Assembly: GCA_051530055.1 (NCBI GenBank)
Contig: CM121342.1
Location: 778,797-842,796, forward strand
Direction of reading: 5' to 3'
From: Neoechinorhynchus agilis
Lineage: Eukaryota > Animalia > Acanthocephala
DNA length: 64,000 bases
In this document: positions 46,790 through 58,849 of the stretch, in pieces
Numbering within the stretch: the first letter of the stretch is position 1
How the letters are laid out: every line of letters begins with the position of its first letter
Made by a program: the position numbers and the translations under genes
Notes under the pieces: model-generated
Database searches by the model: none
Told to the model about the DNA's origin: nothing
Seen by the model: only the letters and a program-made list of their open reading frames with translations

Positions 46790-47925
46790 CGGAATGAATA
46801 TGATTGTCAAATTCAAATTTTCGATTCGCTCCCGGCTTTACAAGGAATTCGACCTGCTCCGATTTTGGTCTGAACTTGTTGCAGATCCGCCGGCTCGAAT
46901 CTTATCTTCACAATCGCAAACAATACGTTCACTGCCGTTCAACCTCCTCTATCAGCATATCCCTCACCAAATGCGTACCTCAAGATGCTGTGCTGTCACC
47001 GCTACTTTTTAATATTTTCCTAAACGACCTCAAACCTCTCTTCTCTCATTCTATACTCTTCTTATAGGCCGACGATCTTACCCTCATCACTAAATCACCA
47101 GCCCACCTCTCCCTCTTCTTAACCTCTAACGAAATCACACACATAATAAATTTCTGCACCAATCACAAACTCCACTTGAATTTCTCTAAATGATTCAAAA
47201 TGATCCCCCTCATTCTCTTGCTGCCATACATCCCACCCGAGCTTCTAAAGGACATCCAACGAGTCACCCCCCTAAGAATTCCGGGTCTCCAATTTCAATC
47301 AAACTTGAAATGGGACTCGCACATTTCACTCTCTCCCTCTAATACAACGCTTTTAAAATTTATCTTCTCAAACGCCTAGGACATTTAGGAATTCTTTCAC
47401 CCGATCTCTACAAATTTTATTTCAGCTTTGCAACCTATCCAAATCTTAAATCCGTCGTCTTGAAATGTTTCATAAAAGAGCATCTAAAATTTGCATAGCT
47501 AACTTTCTCCCTCTCACCGAATGCTTTGATACTACTTTCATAAAACAATCAAAACACCTCTCAACCCTACCACCACAATTTCTTCCACATATCGCTCCCT
47601 TTTCACACGAGCACAACACTCGTAATCCTAATTCGATTCATCCTCCCTTGACCTCGCACATCACCATACCTACGCTCCTTTTCCCATGCTGCCCAATCTT
47701 CTCGGATATCATAAAATGAAATGAATCTGAGCAAATAATGCAAAAAATAACCACCAATTCTCACCAGAACGGACCTTCCAACCCTACCGGATGTTCTAAC
47801 ATTAACGGGCTCGAAATCCACTATAAAATCAATAGCCAGATTTCTTTATCCAATCAGAACTCAAGTGTTTATGAGGACCCAAGGGTACGTGGGTCCTCTT
47901 CTTTGTGCATTAACAAATAAAACGC
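46790..47925 (+). mobile_element. CR1/L2-like LINE, 5'-truncated RT and 3' UTR
   Basis: VPQ..VLSPLLFNIFLND, ADDL, HEHNTR. Homologous throughout to 54290-55400 including the 3' UTR. Confidence 0.85.
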
Positions 47926-48677
47926 GTTATTATACCGTTCGCCCAACGTTTATCGAACGGTCTACGAATTAGTTGCTGCAAACGGCAGTGTACGGAAGTA
48001 AAAATTAAAATCGGTGCTGTGCCTTTCTAGCTATTGTTCGTGAATTAGCACCCACCTTAACCCTCCTCTACGTGATACGAACGTTAGATGATGTACTGTC
48101 AGCATGCGCGAAAGCGGATCCATGGCATTACTTTGCAAGATCGAGTTCCCTGTGTTTCCATTAACGAGCTGGCCCCCACAAGCATCGTATGTATCCTCAT
48201 CTGTCTCCAGCTTCGATGAATCATACACTTTCTGCCCATGCCAGACTATCGATGTAAGGAACGTGCCGCATACCGCCACGAAATGAGCTTCCATAGCTTA
48301 ATGTGCAGTAGGATTTACTACTCCACGAAATTTGAAGGAACAGCTTTCAGCGTCCCTCGGTAGGGCGTCGTGAACTACTGAATAACAAGAATCGAAGAAA
48401 CGAATTATCGATAGGAAACCTTATGAGACGCATGAAATGTGCACTTTGTATTTTCAAATTGATGCATTCGCACATACAAGAAAACTTTCCAACAATTGAA
48501 GTTTCAACGGGCAGGTAAGACATGAGTCAAGTACCTTAGTTTAAATAAAGAACATCCTATATGGAATTTCTTTGACTCAAATAATGCACGACGGTCTTTG
48601 TATCTTAAAAAAATGTGGCTCATAAGGAAAAAATGAGTACTGCGCTGACTTTCTCTTTTACGGAAAAATCTAAATCG

Positions 48678-50134
48678 ATGCGGTGGATGCAGATCCGGAA
48701 ATCCTTGTTTTTTCAATGCGGTATACTATACGCCCTTGTCCTCCTTATATTAATGTTTTCCTCGAATAAAAATAGCCGAGCGCATGGCAAAAAAGATTAC
48801 GTAAAAATAGTTAAAGACATTAAAAAACGAGGGCTAGTAATTTGGGATTTAACTCCTGATGCGTTTAGAGTCTTCAAACCGGAAAACGTGAAATGCATCG
48901 ACGATTTCATGGAAGGGCGAATACGGACTTTCTCAAAAAAGTCTGGCGACAAACCGAATATTATTTTTGCTCATAGTCGCTTTGGTATACCTGTTGAATA
49001 CAAAACTCGTATTGAACTGGAGTTCCTAGCACATTCGATCGGCATATTAGTGACGGTGCTTAACAAATATCTGATTTAGTTATTTGCAAAATTTTTGAAG
49101 AAATTTTTATCGCCTTGAATCGTTCAAGACACTCGTAGACAATGTTCAGTTTTACAAAAAAAATTTCGTCGTAATTAAAAGCAAATATAAGGTTTGAGTA
49201 CTATTCTTTACCAATAAACCGGTCGAATGTTTAAGGCATGCATTTGTAATCTTTCATACCATTGAAAGTGCGGCAAACGAGGACAAGCTTCCGCAACCCG
49301 GCCAAGCTGACTTTGTATGGAACCTCGATCTTAACCGATCTTTCCCGTTTTCGGTTCAGTATTCTACAATACGAGATCATCTGTTGGATATACTTACTAG
49401 GGCAGCAATGCCTTTCGAGCGAAAAGAAAAAATCAGCGTAGCATGGATCGCATCGAATTGTAATGCGGTAAATGGGCGAACTTCATTTGTTCTAAAAATA
49501 ATGGGTAAGACGCACGTAGACTCTTATGGCAACTGTTTAAAAAACAAATATGACCTTTTCAGCAAAACGGTTGACGTATACGCCAAATACAAGTTCAGCA
49601 TCGCAATAGAGAATTCTAATTGTCCGGATTATGTTACCGAGAAGCCTAGAGATGTCTTTAGAGCCTGTTCCGTACCAATAGTCGCATCTTTGAACAAAAT
49701 ACCTGATTATGATAAATTCTTTGAGATGCAGATTAGATGAAGAGAACACTTTAACATCCATATCTACATCGAATCCACGCGATTCATACATTAATGCACT
49801 TGATTTCAATTCAACAAAAGATCTTGTTCAATATTTGCAAAGTGTGAGCAGCAATAAAACACGATATGAACGTTTTCATTACTTTCGTACGAACTTAACG
49901 AGGGTACAACTGGGGATGAAGAGCACCGCTGAACTGGTTAGTTTGCTGATCGATCGAATCGGTGCCGAACAAAAAATGGTTAGTGAATTCGTTTCAAAAG
50001 CACTCGATGAAAGTCCTTTTTGTGCATTTGGACGATACATACAAACAATAGAGCCACAAAAGTTCTCTCCTAAAATATGGGAAACCGAAAAGTCTGAATG
50101 TTTGCCACATGAATTTCTTAGTGATAGAATGTGA
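48678..50134 (+). CDS. GT10 alpha-1,3-fucosyltransferase (FUT10/11-like), interrupted twice
   Basis: N-terminal TM; FHTIESA, AWIASNC, VDSYGNC, YKFSIAIENSNCPDYVTEK, SYINALDF. First break is probably a 214-nt GT-AG intron (48985-49198 or 49022-49235). Second break (49719-49767) is non-canonical. Confidence 0.85.
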
Positions 50135-50399
50135 TGATCTCTAAAAGCCGAATAAACATGCGAGGCTTTTTTACCCTGAAATAATCGGTTATCTAAAATT
50201 GCACTATTGGAATTGAACGTTATGTGTTTTCTTGATCCTGGAGTATCAAAAATTTAATGAACAATACCTAATAATATGCACAGAATTTATAGAAAATCAT
50301 CATTCGAAATAATTCAATGGTTGTGTAAACATAGACAAAACCGGTGACCGTCACGCTTTCAAAAATGAACTTTTTTTTTAAATAATAAGCATTTATTTT

Positions 50400-51835
50400 T
50401 TTTAAAAAGTTAACTTATATTATTCTGAATTGTCCTTCACCGTCCCCAAGACACTCGCTGTGTTTCCTCGCTGGATAGCCAAGGATATGTTCTGTACTAG
50501 GAACGAGCGAGCCCTCCTGTCATTGGTCGAGTTGATCAGGCGATGCCCCAGTTCGAGAACAAAACTCCTCGCCGCACATCCGAAAGCTCCTAAGGTTTCA
50601 ACTGCGAAGGGGACAAAATGATAAGAATTTGTAAAATCGGCGTATTTTGCAACCTTACGAAGCTCAGCTGCTGATGCGGCTCCCCCAGCCCCGGAGGATG
50701 CATCTCGCAGATTGCTGGCTGCAAGGGAGTCGACGCATGTTGCGTCCCATATTAGACATCTGCCCCTGCTCCAAGGAAAAACGGTAACTCCATCCGGCCT
50801 ACGGCCATCGATTCTGCAGATGTTGCTAGGCTCGAGGATATTCGGAGAGTTAGCCGTTTTCAAAGCGCGGCTCAGCAATGCGTTTATTTCGGTGTGTCTA
50901 GCAAAACGGCCACTTGAGCGTTTACAGGCTAAACCGTGCCTGCCCGAGGGGTCGACTTCCGTCCCGCATCGGCAGGTGTGAGGGATACAAACCGGGAGCC
51001 TGAGCCTTAGGGACACTGCGATTCTGAGAGCCTCGCCGTCTAATCTCGAACCGATATTTGCTGATGGTACAGCTTTCAACCAGGCGCCGGACTCTTTGCA
51101 GGAAACTGCAGTTAATCGCGTTCTATCCACGTCGGAGAGCGAGTCAAAAAGTGAGGTGTAAACACGCTCCACTAACGGAATGTCCCACGATTTCTGTTTT
51201 TCCGGGAGGTCTGGAATCTTGTCGAGGTTAGACAGGGACAACCAAAGATGAAGAGCGGGCTCCAGGCTGATGTCCTCCTCAAAATTATGTTTCAAAATCA
51301 ATCTGGAAAGGCGCTTGGACCTACTAAGAGACGATAGAAAGGCTGGAAGCGCAATGGCTGAGCTGGCACGAATACCGATCCCTCCGTAGCTTGTGGGCAA
51401 AGATGCCTGGGTCCAGCCAGTGTCGGGGAGCTTAATATTAAGGATCTTGCATAGACCATCCCTTAAAGAACCATCAATCTCTCTCAATTCGGGCTGACAT
51501 TGAAAGGAAGGGGTTGACCGCAGTTTATGGAGGATGCGTGGAATGAAGATGCAATTTTTTAAAAGGAAGAGAGCATCGTGAGGGAAAAGTTCAGAGACCC
51601 TTGAACAGATGAGATCAATGGAAGGTCTGATTTTCCTGACATCAGCCTGCATATTCTCCTCGAGAACGCAGCTTCCCAGCAGTTCTAAGCTGGACTTGGA
51701 GATAAGTCGGATATTAGGTGCGGCCTTTTCAAACTCTCTCAAAATTTGTGCGCGTTCCTCGTCCCCACAATTCAAAACCAAAATTTCGCACTTGCTTGGG
51801 TTCAGTTTGAGGCCAAATGAACTTATCAGAGAAAA
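50400..51835 (-). mobile_element. CRE-clade retrotransposon, 5'-truncated with open 453-aa frame (subfamily C)
   Basis: GLKLNPSKCE, QASLP...GG.GIR, CRCG..VD..G.HGL.C, RPDG, AVETLG, ISLAIQRGN. A-rich tail follows the stop. Confidence 0.92.
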
Positions 51836-51865
51836 GAACTATAATATAGGGGAACAATAATTACG

Positions 51866-52130
51866 TTTTTAATTGGCTAGACCCGCCTGGAGGATTTGAA
51901 AAACGTTTTTACTGAAGATGATTTTCATTGAGGTGCTTCGCTTTCTATTTAATTGCTGCCACGCTGATGGATGAAAGTCACAAATCACTTTAAGAACTAA
52001 ACAGCGCAATCCATTGCGCAATATAACCAAGTGATGTAGCTATGCATCGAACCTCTCATTTTGCGCTTGATACGACGGTGAAAGACCTTCGGAGTAATAA
52101 TAAACTGATTTGAGAAGCTTTGGTACCACA
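51866..52130. repeat. Dispersed ~250-bp repeat of unknown origin; second copy at 58580-58826
   Basis: Shared blocks such as gctagaccc..ctggaggatttgaaaa and gaaagaccttcggagtaataataaactgatttgagaagctttggt; copies differ by 33-nt and ~21-nt indels. Confidence 0.85.
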
Positions 52131-52329
52131 CGACCGAGCTTCCCGGCTAAAAATCCTCCTTTTCGACGACAGACTTTCCTCGCAGAGGAGGAGTTGATCA
52201 TCCATATTGGCACTGATCAATCATTTACCTCCGTGACGATGTTTCAAATGAGTGTATCGTCCCAGATGGCTCCGAAACATCCGCTAACGCCGTGGTCATA
52301 GAAGTGTCGGTGGAGGTTTCGATATTATG

Positions 52330-53045
52330 CTTCTAAGCCGTTTCCTTTCCCTGATTTTTGTGGACCTCTTCTCTTAGATCTTGACACCTGAGAACACTGT
52401 CCCTCCATTTTTTTCGATCGCCGGCAATCTTGTTCCATGTTTTAGTTTGGAAGTTCGCAAGAGTAAGGGATTTTTCAGGTTGGTCCTTCAATCACTTTTA
52501 CGGGGCATATTTTGGACGATGGCTGTTTTCGATTTCTCCGAATAGAATCTGATTCGGAGGGCTGATGTTAGGGCGGCGTTAGATGTGTCAGAGGAAGTGG
52601 AGTTGGTGCTTCTAGATTTTACCATCGATACTTGAGATTTGAGCTCGCTCGAGGATTTTTAGAATGTTTATCCTGTCTTCCCACTTCACTCCAGGGATAT
52701 TGCCTAGCTTCCGTTAGTCGAAGCGTTCAAGATCGTTGATTTGTTTCCTATAAAGTCTCCAACTTTCACCGCCATATAAAAGAGTTGGTAGGGCAAAAGT
52801 AGAGTACACTTAGAGTTTGGTAGAGACTTTCAGATTCCTCTGATTGAAAACACGTTTGAATAGACGAGTGATGATGCTGCCAAGATAGCAGAATCTTCCG
52901 ACATGTCCCACCGGTTGGTTATTTATGTGTTGTGTCCGGGAAATTGGCTGAATAATGTACTTAGTTTTATCGACGCTCACTGATGGCCCGACCAGATTAT
53001 ACGTGCGAACGAACACATCTACGCTCCTTTGAAGATCTTCCAAGG
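52330..53045 (-). mobile_element. RTE-clade LINE remnant
   Basis: EDLQ..VD.F...Y...G..VS.DKTK, F.YLGSII, LF.RVF..R.LK.STKL. Confidence 0.75.
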
Positions 53046-54075
53046 ATGCTACTGCGAGGGGAAAGATCCCTCTATAGTTCCGCGTTGGGACCGATCACGT
53101 TTTTGAAAATTGTGATCATTGCAATGTCGCGGAAATCTTGAGACACACTTCCTGTTTCTCACATCGATAGAAGCAATATATGGAGACGGGAACGAAGTGG
53201 AATCCTACCAGATCAGCCTGGTTGCTTCCAAGACCTGGTGATTTGTTATCTTGATGGCGTCTTCATTCATCCATAATTGAATTGGATGCGGAGGAATGAA
53301 TTCCAGAAATTCTGGGGATGTGTTCGAAAGTTGATTGAGTAGGGATTCGTAATCTTCTGATTCACCATCCCCGGCCTTCGTTACAAGCCCCCCATCGGCA
53401 CCAGACTTTGATGCGATGGAGTGAAGTAAAGGAAGATTATGCAATAGGATGGACGAAGTCTTTGACGCGAAGAGATTTTAGTGAAATTCGAGCACCACAT
53501 CGTTTTTTTACTTGCTATGGCAGAGGGATAGAAATCCGATGGCGGTGAGGGAGAAGTGCTGCAGGACCGTTCTTCGCCTGGGACCTCACAAGATACCTGT
53601 CTCCCAACTATGATTCCGGCGGCATATCTCTGCGGATCATTGGAACACGCAAACCTTGCCACCACGCCAAGGTTTTAATTCTTTTACACAAGACGCAAGC
53701 GTTAACCAATCTCTTTTTGTGTTTCTTTATAGAGAAGAAACTTTGGGGCTAACTGGATCAAATGAGAGTCTTTCGTTTTCTGCGAAGGTATGCGATAAAA
53801 GCGCTGGTCCCAAATGATTTTTTCCACCCAAAGTTAGTCTCCGGCCTTACTTAAGCAGTTCTTAGACCTTTTATGGCATTTGGTAGGATTGCCTGTAATT
53901 GCTATTTTGCATTGCAAGAGGCCAGTCTATAAAGGCAGTCAATCAGCTGATTACATTTTGATCGAAGTATTTTTTTCATACTAATAATCTGGCTTTCAAA
54001 AATTAATGTTTGTGTTAGGTTAAAAAACACCTTCTCGAGCAACCAGGTTGGGATCGAGTCGGGTGAAATCTAAAA

Positions 54076-54270
54076 CAGTGGAATATCGACTATCCGAAAC
54101 GTCAATTATCCGGATATATTTTTGTTAACTGCATGAACTTTGTATGAGTGAGTTTTCTAACTGCAAAACGCTTAAAGGTGATTTCGCGTGAACTGTTATG
54201 GCTGCAAATTCGATACAAACAAAACTTGAAATATTGAATCGTCTTGAGAAAGGAGAAAGTGTAACTCCTC
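54076..54270 (+). mobile_element. Tigger/pogo-like DNA transposon 5' stub
   Basis: TIR-like CAGTGGAATATCGACTATCCGAA...ATTATCCGGA followed by QTKLEILNRLEKGES (CENP-B-type HTH start). Confidence 0.5.
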
Positions 54271-54289
54271 TATATATTTAATAATAATA

Positions 54290-55600
54290 TAAACAACACG
54301 TTTTGTTTGTTGATGGGCAAAGAAAAGGACCTTTGGGTCCTCATAAACACTCCAGTTCTGATTGGAGAATAAAACTGGCTATTGACTTTGGAGTGTATTA
54401 CGAGCCCGGCCGGGTGGAAACATCCGGTAGGCTTGGAATGTCCGATCTGGTGGTAATTGATGTTTATTGTTTTCAGGAGCGCTTGTAAGGTTGGTCTTTC
54501 CTCAGGTTCATTTTAGGTTATGATATCGGAGAAGATTGGGGAGTATGGGAAAAGGAGCGTAGATATAGGGGTGTGCGAGGTCAAGGGAGGATGAATCGAA
54601 TTAGGTTTACGAGTGTTGTGCTCGTGTGAAAAGGGAGCGATATATGGTGGAAAATGTGGTGGTACGGTTAAGAGACGTTTTGTTTGTCTTATGAAAGTAG
54701 TATCAAAGCATTCGGTGAGAGGGGGAAAGTTAGCTATGCAAATTTTAGATGCTCTTTTATGAAACATTTCAAGACGACGGATTTAAGATTTGGATAGGTA
54801 GCAAAAGACGGGATAACCGTAGGTAAGGGAGGATAAAATAAAGCTGAAGTAAAATTTGTAGAGATCGGATGAAGGGATTCCTAAATGTCCTAGGCGTTTG
54901 AGGAGGTAAATTTTAATGGTGTTGAGCTTGAGGGAGAGAGAGTGATGTGCGAGTCCCATTTCAAATTTGGTTAGAATTCTTAGCGAAGTTATTCGAAGAA
55001 TGTCATTGGGGGGATCATTTTGAAGCATTTATAGAAATTCAGGTGGAGTTTGTGATTGGTGCAGAAATCTTTTATGTGTGTGATTTCGTTGGAGGTTAAG
55101 GAGAGGGAGAAGTGGGGTGGCGATTGGGTGATGAGAGTGAGATGGTCGGCATATAAGAAGAGTTTAGAATGAGAGAAGAGAGGTTTGAGGTCGTTTAGGA
55201 AAATATTAAAAAGTAGTGGTGACAACAACTTTATAGGCTGATAGTAGAGGTTGAACGGCAGTGAATGTATTGTTTGCGATTGTGAAGATAAGATCCGAGC
55301 CAACGGATCTGCCGCAAATTTAGACCAAAATCGGAGCAGGCTCGGAGAAGGAGTGAATGGTCCAAGGAGTCGAATGCTTTCGATAAATCAAGTTGAATGA
55401 CACGGGTGACGTGGGAGGGATTATTGTCAAGGTTACGTAAGAGCGTGTCATAAATGCGGAGTAGGGCATCGTTTGCAGAAAATTTGGTCCGGAAGATGAA
55501 TTGTAGGTTCGATAACTTGTCGTTGAGAAGTGAAAGAAGGCGAAATTTAAAACATTTTTCGATCATTTTAAAGGGCGAGTAAAATGGATATTTTACTGAA
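54290..55600 (-). mobile_element. CR1/L2-like LINE RT and 3' UTR
   Basis: QLDLSKAFDSLDH, LSPLLFNIFLND, YAD. Same family as 46790-47925. Confidence 0.88.
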
Positions 55601-55929
55601 TGATTCGGCGGAAATAGGATGCCCTTTTTTTGGAACAAGGATAACTTTAGCAGTTTGCAGGCGACGCGTGTGTGTGAAGAGAACAAATCGTGATGTAAGT
55701 ACTTCCATATACCAGAAACCGGGAAACTGTTGGCAAAGCACACCTTGGCTTACCAACTTTCCTCAAGCCTTCAAAATCAGCGCAGCACGGTCTTTATTCC
55801 GGAGAGTCATCAAAATCTACAACATTCGCAGGGGCAGCGGACGTGAAATCGACAATATCTGGAAGATGCTGGAAAGAAGGGATTACTCATATTGGGCGAT
55901 CCGATTGACAATTAAGAAAGAGATATTTT

Positions 55930-56410
55930 AGATCAAATCGACCAACGGAAAGTCCAGCTACGACATTCATCAGGGCCCGAATCTGATTCGTAGGACCCTA
56001 GGAAATTCAAAATGCCCTGTTCGACTCTACCACAAGAGATCCCCGACTATCGCGTTCATCTTCCAAAGAAACCCGGAACAAAAAACGGTTGCGAGCGTAG
56101 TCTATCGCATCCTTTGCAACGATTGCGATATGGCCTAGGTAGGTGAAACAATGTGGCGTTAAACGGCTGCGGAAACACAAATACGCCTTACGATGTAGCG
56201 ACACTACGTCTGCCATTCTTAATCACGCTCACTTAACCACACACTCAATCGGATTCGACAAGGCCGACGTCCTCTGCACAGAAAAGAGAAAATTCCAACG
56301 ATTGATAAAAGAGTCCATATATATCGAGATGGCCAACAATATGGAAGGGAACAAAGCAAATGTTTCCCTCCAACTACCTGTTGCTAGCCTAAACACACTC
56401 TGAGAGGCTG
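55930..56410 (+). mobile_element. Penelope-like GIY-YIG remnant
   Basis: VVYRILCNDCD..*VGET, SAILNHAH..H.IGF....L..E...QR.IKESIYI. Confidence 0.8.
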
Positions 56411-56959
56411 GTATTCGCCTACGGGGTTTGACGATCACGGGTCCCGAGTCAAAATAAACAATCTTGTATGTTGTGACGAATCTCCGTCGGGTGTCGACAA
56501 GCGACCTAAGCAATAACAAGAAAATAGTTTATTGAAGCCCCTGAAATTAAGAAATGGTGTGAATTTGTGGGGCGCAAAGAGGAATCAGGACGAGAGGCAG
56601 GAGGGCGATAGACGCCAGCAATAATGAACTCTCTTGGGCTATTTCTCAGAGGAGCTGAGAAATGGACTGCGATGAATTCTAGATCGGGGTTTTGTAGAGA
56701 ACCTGTGAGAGATAAAGAGACCGTCCTCGTGGTGTGTATGGAAGGAAGAGTACCCGGGAAGTATGGCTGAATTGTTGTTGAAGGGGGTAAAAGACGTTTT
56801 TATTAAGACGGCGAAATCTGGCAAACGGCGCATTTAACAATGATCCCCAAGAAATGCTGCTCGACAAAGGTGGAGGACTACAGAGGTATATCCTTGATGT
56901 CCAACACGGCAAAACTTTTCAGCAGCAATTTGAGACGCCGAATTTAGCCAATCCTCGAA

Positions 56960-57381
56960 CCACCAAAATCATTCATCTCTCTTACGTGCGGCGTTCAAGG
57001 TCAGATGGTCAGATAAAGTGACCAACAAAACAATGTGTAAGAGAGCCGGAGTCCAACCGCCCAGTGAATATTTGCGCCGCAGACGACTGCAGTTCACGGG
57101 CAATATAATTCGGTCTGAGGCATCTTGCCCACAGGTCGTGCAACAGTTACTTTTCTGGAAGGCAACGACATTGTATCGTAAAGGCAAAGGGAACTGCCGT
57201 ACATACGATGACCTGATTTTAAGAGACGCGAACTGCCTGCATAACAGGACTGCTGTCGTGTATTTTAGATCCCTTGCGGAGTCTAATTCTATTTGACGGG
57301 CTTATACCTACGGTGCAACGTAGGAAAGTACCGTTGCATACAATACAATACAATACAATACAATACAATACAATACAATAC
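56960..57381 (+). mobile_element. RTE-clade 3' end with microsatellite tail
   Basis: NKTMCKRAG..P.SEYLRRRRLQFTG.I.R...LFW...RKGKG...Y.D.I..D, then (CAATA)8. Confidence 0.8.
57341..57380 (+). repeat. (CAATA)8 microsatellite
   Basis: Eight perfect units. Confidence 0.97.
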
Positions 57382-58849
57382 TACGTCGACTTTTGAGGTA
57401 GATGAAGTGAGTGAAATTTCATCTAGTTAAGGAAGGAGGCTACGAGTATTAGAGTAGAAAATGGTGGGAAGGGAATTTTGGACCTCGGAAAATCGGGGGT
57501 GCAAATGAGGGAGATTAGGGTTGCGTAACTCGTTGCTGGTGGTGGATTAAGGGAGGAATCGTTAGAAGATGCCGATATAGAACGATTCATTATCCCAAAG
57601 GGAGAAGTCCGGGGCGAATCCAAAATTTGAGTTGGAATGAGTTATTGGCAATGATAGAAATGAGTTTAAAGTTGAAAGGGGTAGAGCGATAATTATTTTC
57701 TTGATTTGAGAAAAGGAGAGTGTTTAATGTAGAAGGGCTCGGATATTGACCTTTGTGGTTTTTCGGGCGCCGGCGGAGTTGCACGTAATCAAAGAAGTTG
57801 GGAAATCGCTTACTCTTCGAGTTTTTGGATTTGGACTATGTTCGAGAATGTTCGCTAAAAGTGAAGGATTATATTGGGAATATGAGGTCTGGGTTGAGTT
57901 TTGAGGGGCGGTGGAAAGATTTTGTGATGAGTTTTTATGTGGATATAAACGAAAAGAAAGTTATGACGTGAGGATTTTGTCTCCTGTTAAGAAAGAGGGC
58001 GTTTAAGAGTGGTGAAATATAGGTCACTTTGAGGAGACGTGGTCTCGGTTGTAAGGGATCATAACTGTTGATGGGGAGGGATAGTAGATTGAATGTCAGG
58101 GAAAATGAGTTTACCGATACGAAGGATTTGGTGGCAGTTGTGTGCATCAGCGGCGACAGGATCTGTAACAGGGGCAAACCCCTCTCCATATTTGCAAAGA
58201 ATCTATCAACAACAAAGTTATTTCACAATTTGATGTTCCACTGAAATGTAGATGAACAACGACAATAAGTACGCGGCGAGAGCACGCTTTAAAGCTCGCC
58301 AAAGCCCCCCAAGTGAAACCAAGTATTGACATCAACGTTTGGTCTCCATATTTACAACAAAGCCCTCATATTATTAGAAGATGTAAGCCATCAATAACAA
58401 AGTTCTGTCACAATTTGGTGTTTAATCCGTGCAACGACATGATTATCACGTTTTCAACAGTGAAATTCTAAGCGAAAAAACTATAATCTGAAGGAACTAC
58501 GATACTATTTACGTGTAGAGTTAAACCTCTTCGCAACCAACGATCTACAAATAACGAATCATAAGGAAACAAGGTAGTTTTTTAATTTGCTAGACCCTCC
58601 TGGAGGATTTGAAAAATTCGCTTTCTATTTAATTGCAGCCACGCTGATGGATGAAGGTCATAAATCACATTAAGAACTAAACAGCGGAATCCATCGCGCA
58701 ATATAACCAGGTGATGCGGCCAGGCATAAATATTACAAAGGCGCGCAACGAACCTCTCCTTTGCGCTTGGTACGACGTTGAAAGACCTTCGGAGTAATAA
58801 TAAACTGATTTGAGAAGCTTTGGTGATCTTAGCAACCAACATAATATAT

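Larger units (their letters stand above)
56550..58140 (-). mobile_element. Decayed CR1/L2-like APE/linker fragments, interrupted by an RTE insert
   Basis: LPGYSSF APE-like motif and the same C-rich strand bias as the 54-55 kb copy; frames broken. Confidence 0.5.

Noticed and set aside
48031-48294. 87-aa minus-strand ORF as a small gene
   Set aside because: No recognisable motif or supporting splice structure; cannot be distinguished from a chance ORF.
48985-49235. First fucosyltransferase interruption as another inverted (CT-AC) intron
   Set aside because: Canonical GT-AG solutions restore the frame with plausible spacing, so no non-canonical explanation is needed.
56425-56510. Possible HHR in the 3' UTR of the 56-kb PLE (TTGACGA / GTGACGA hairpins)
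   Set aside because: No intact core or GAAA; only generic small hairpins.
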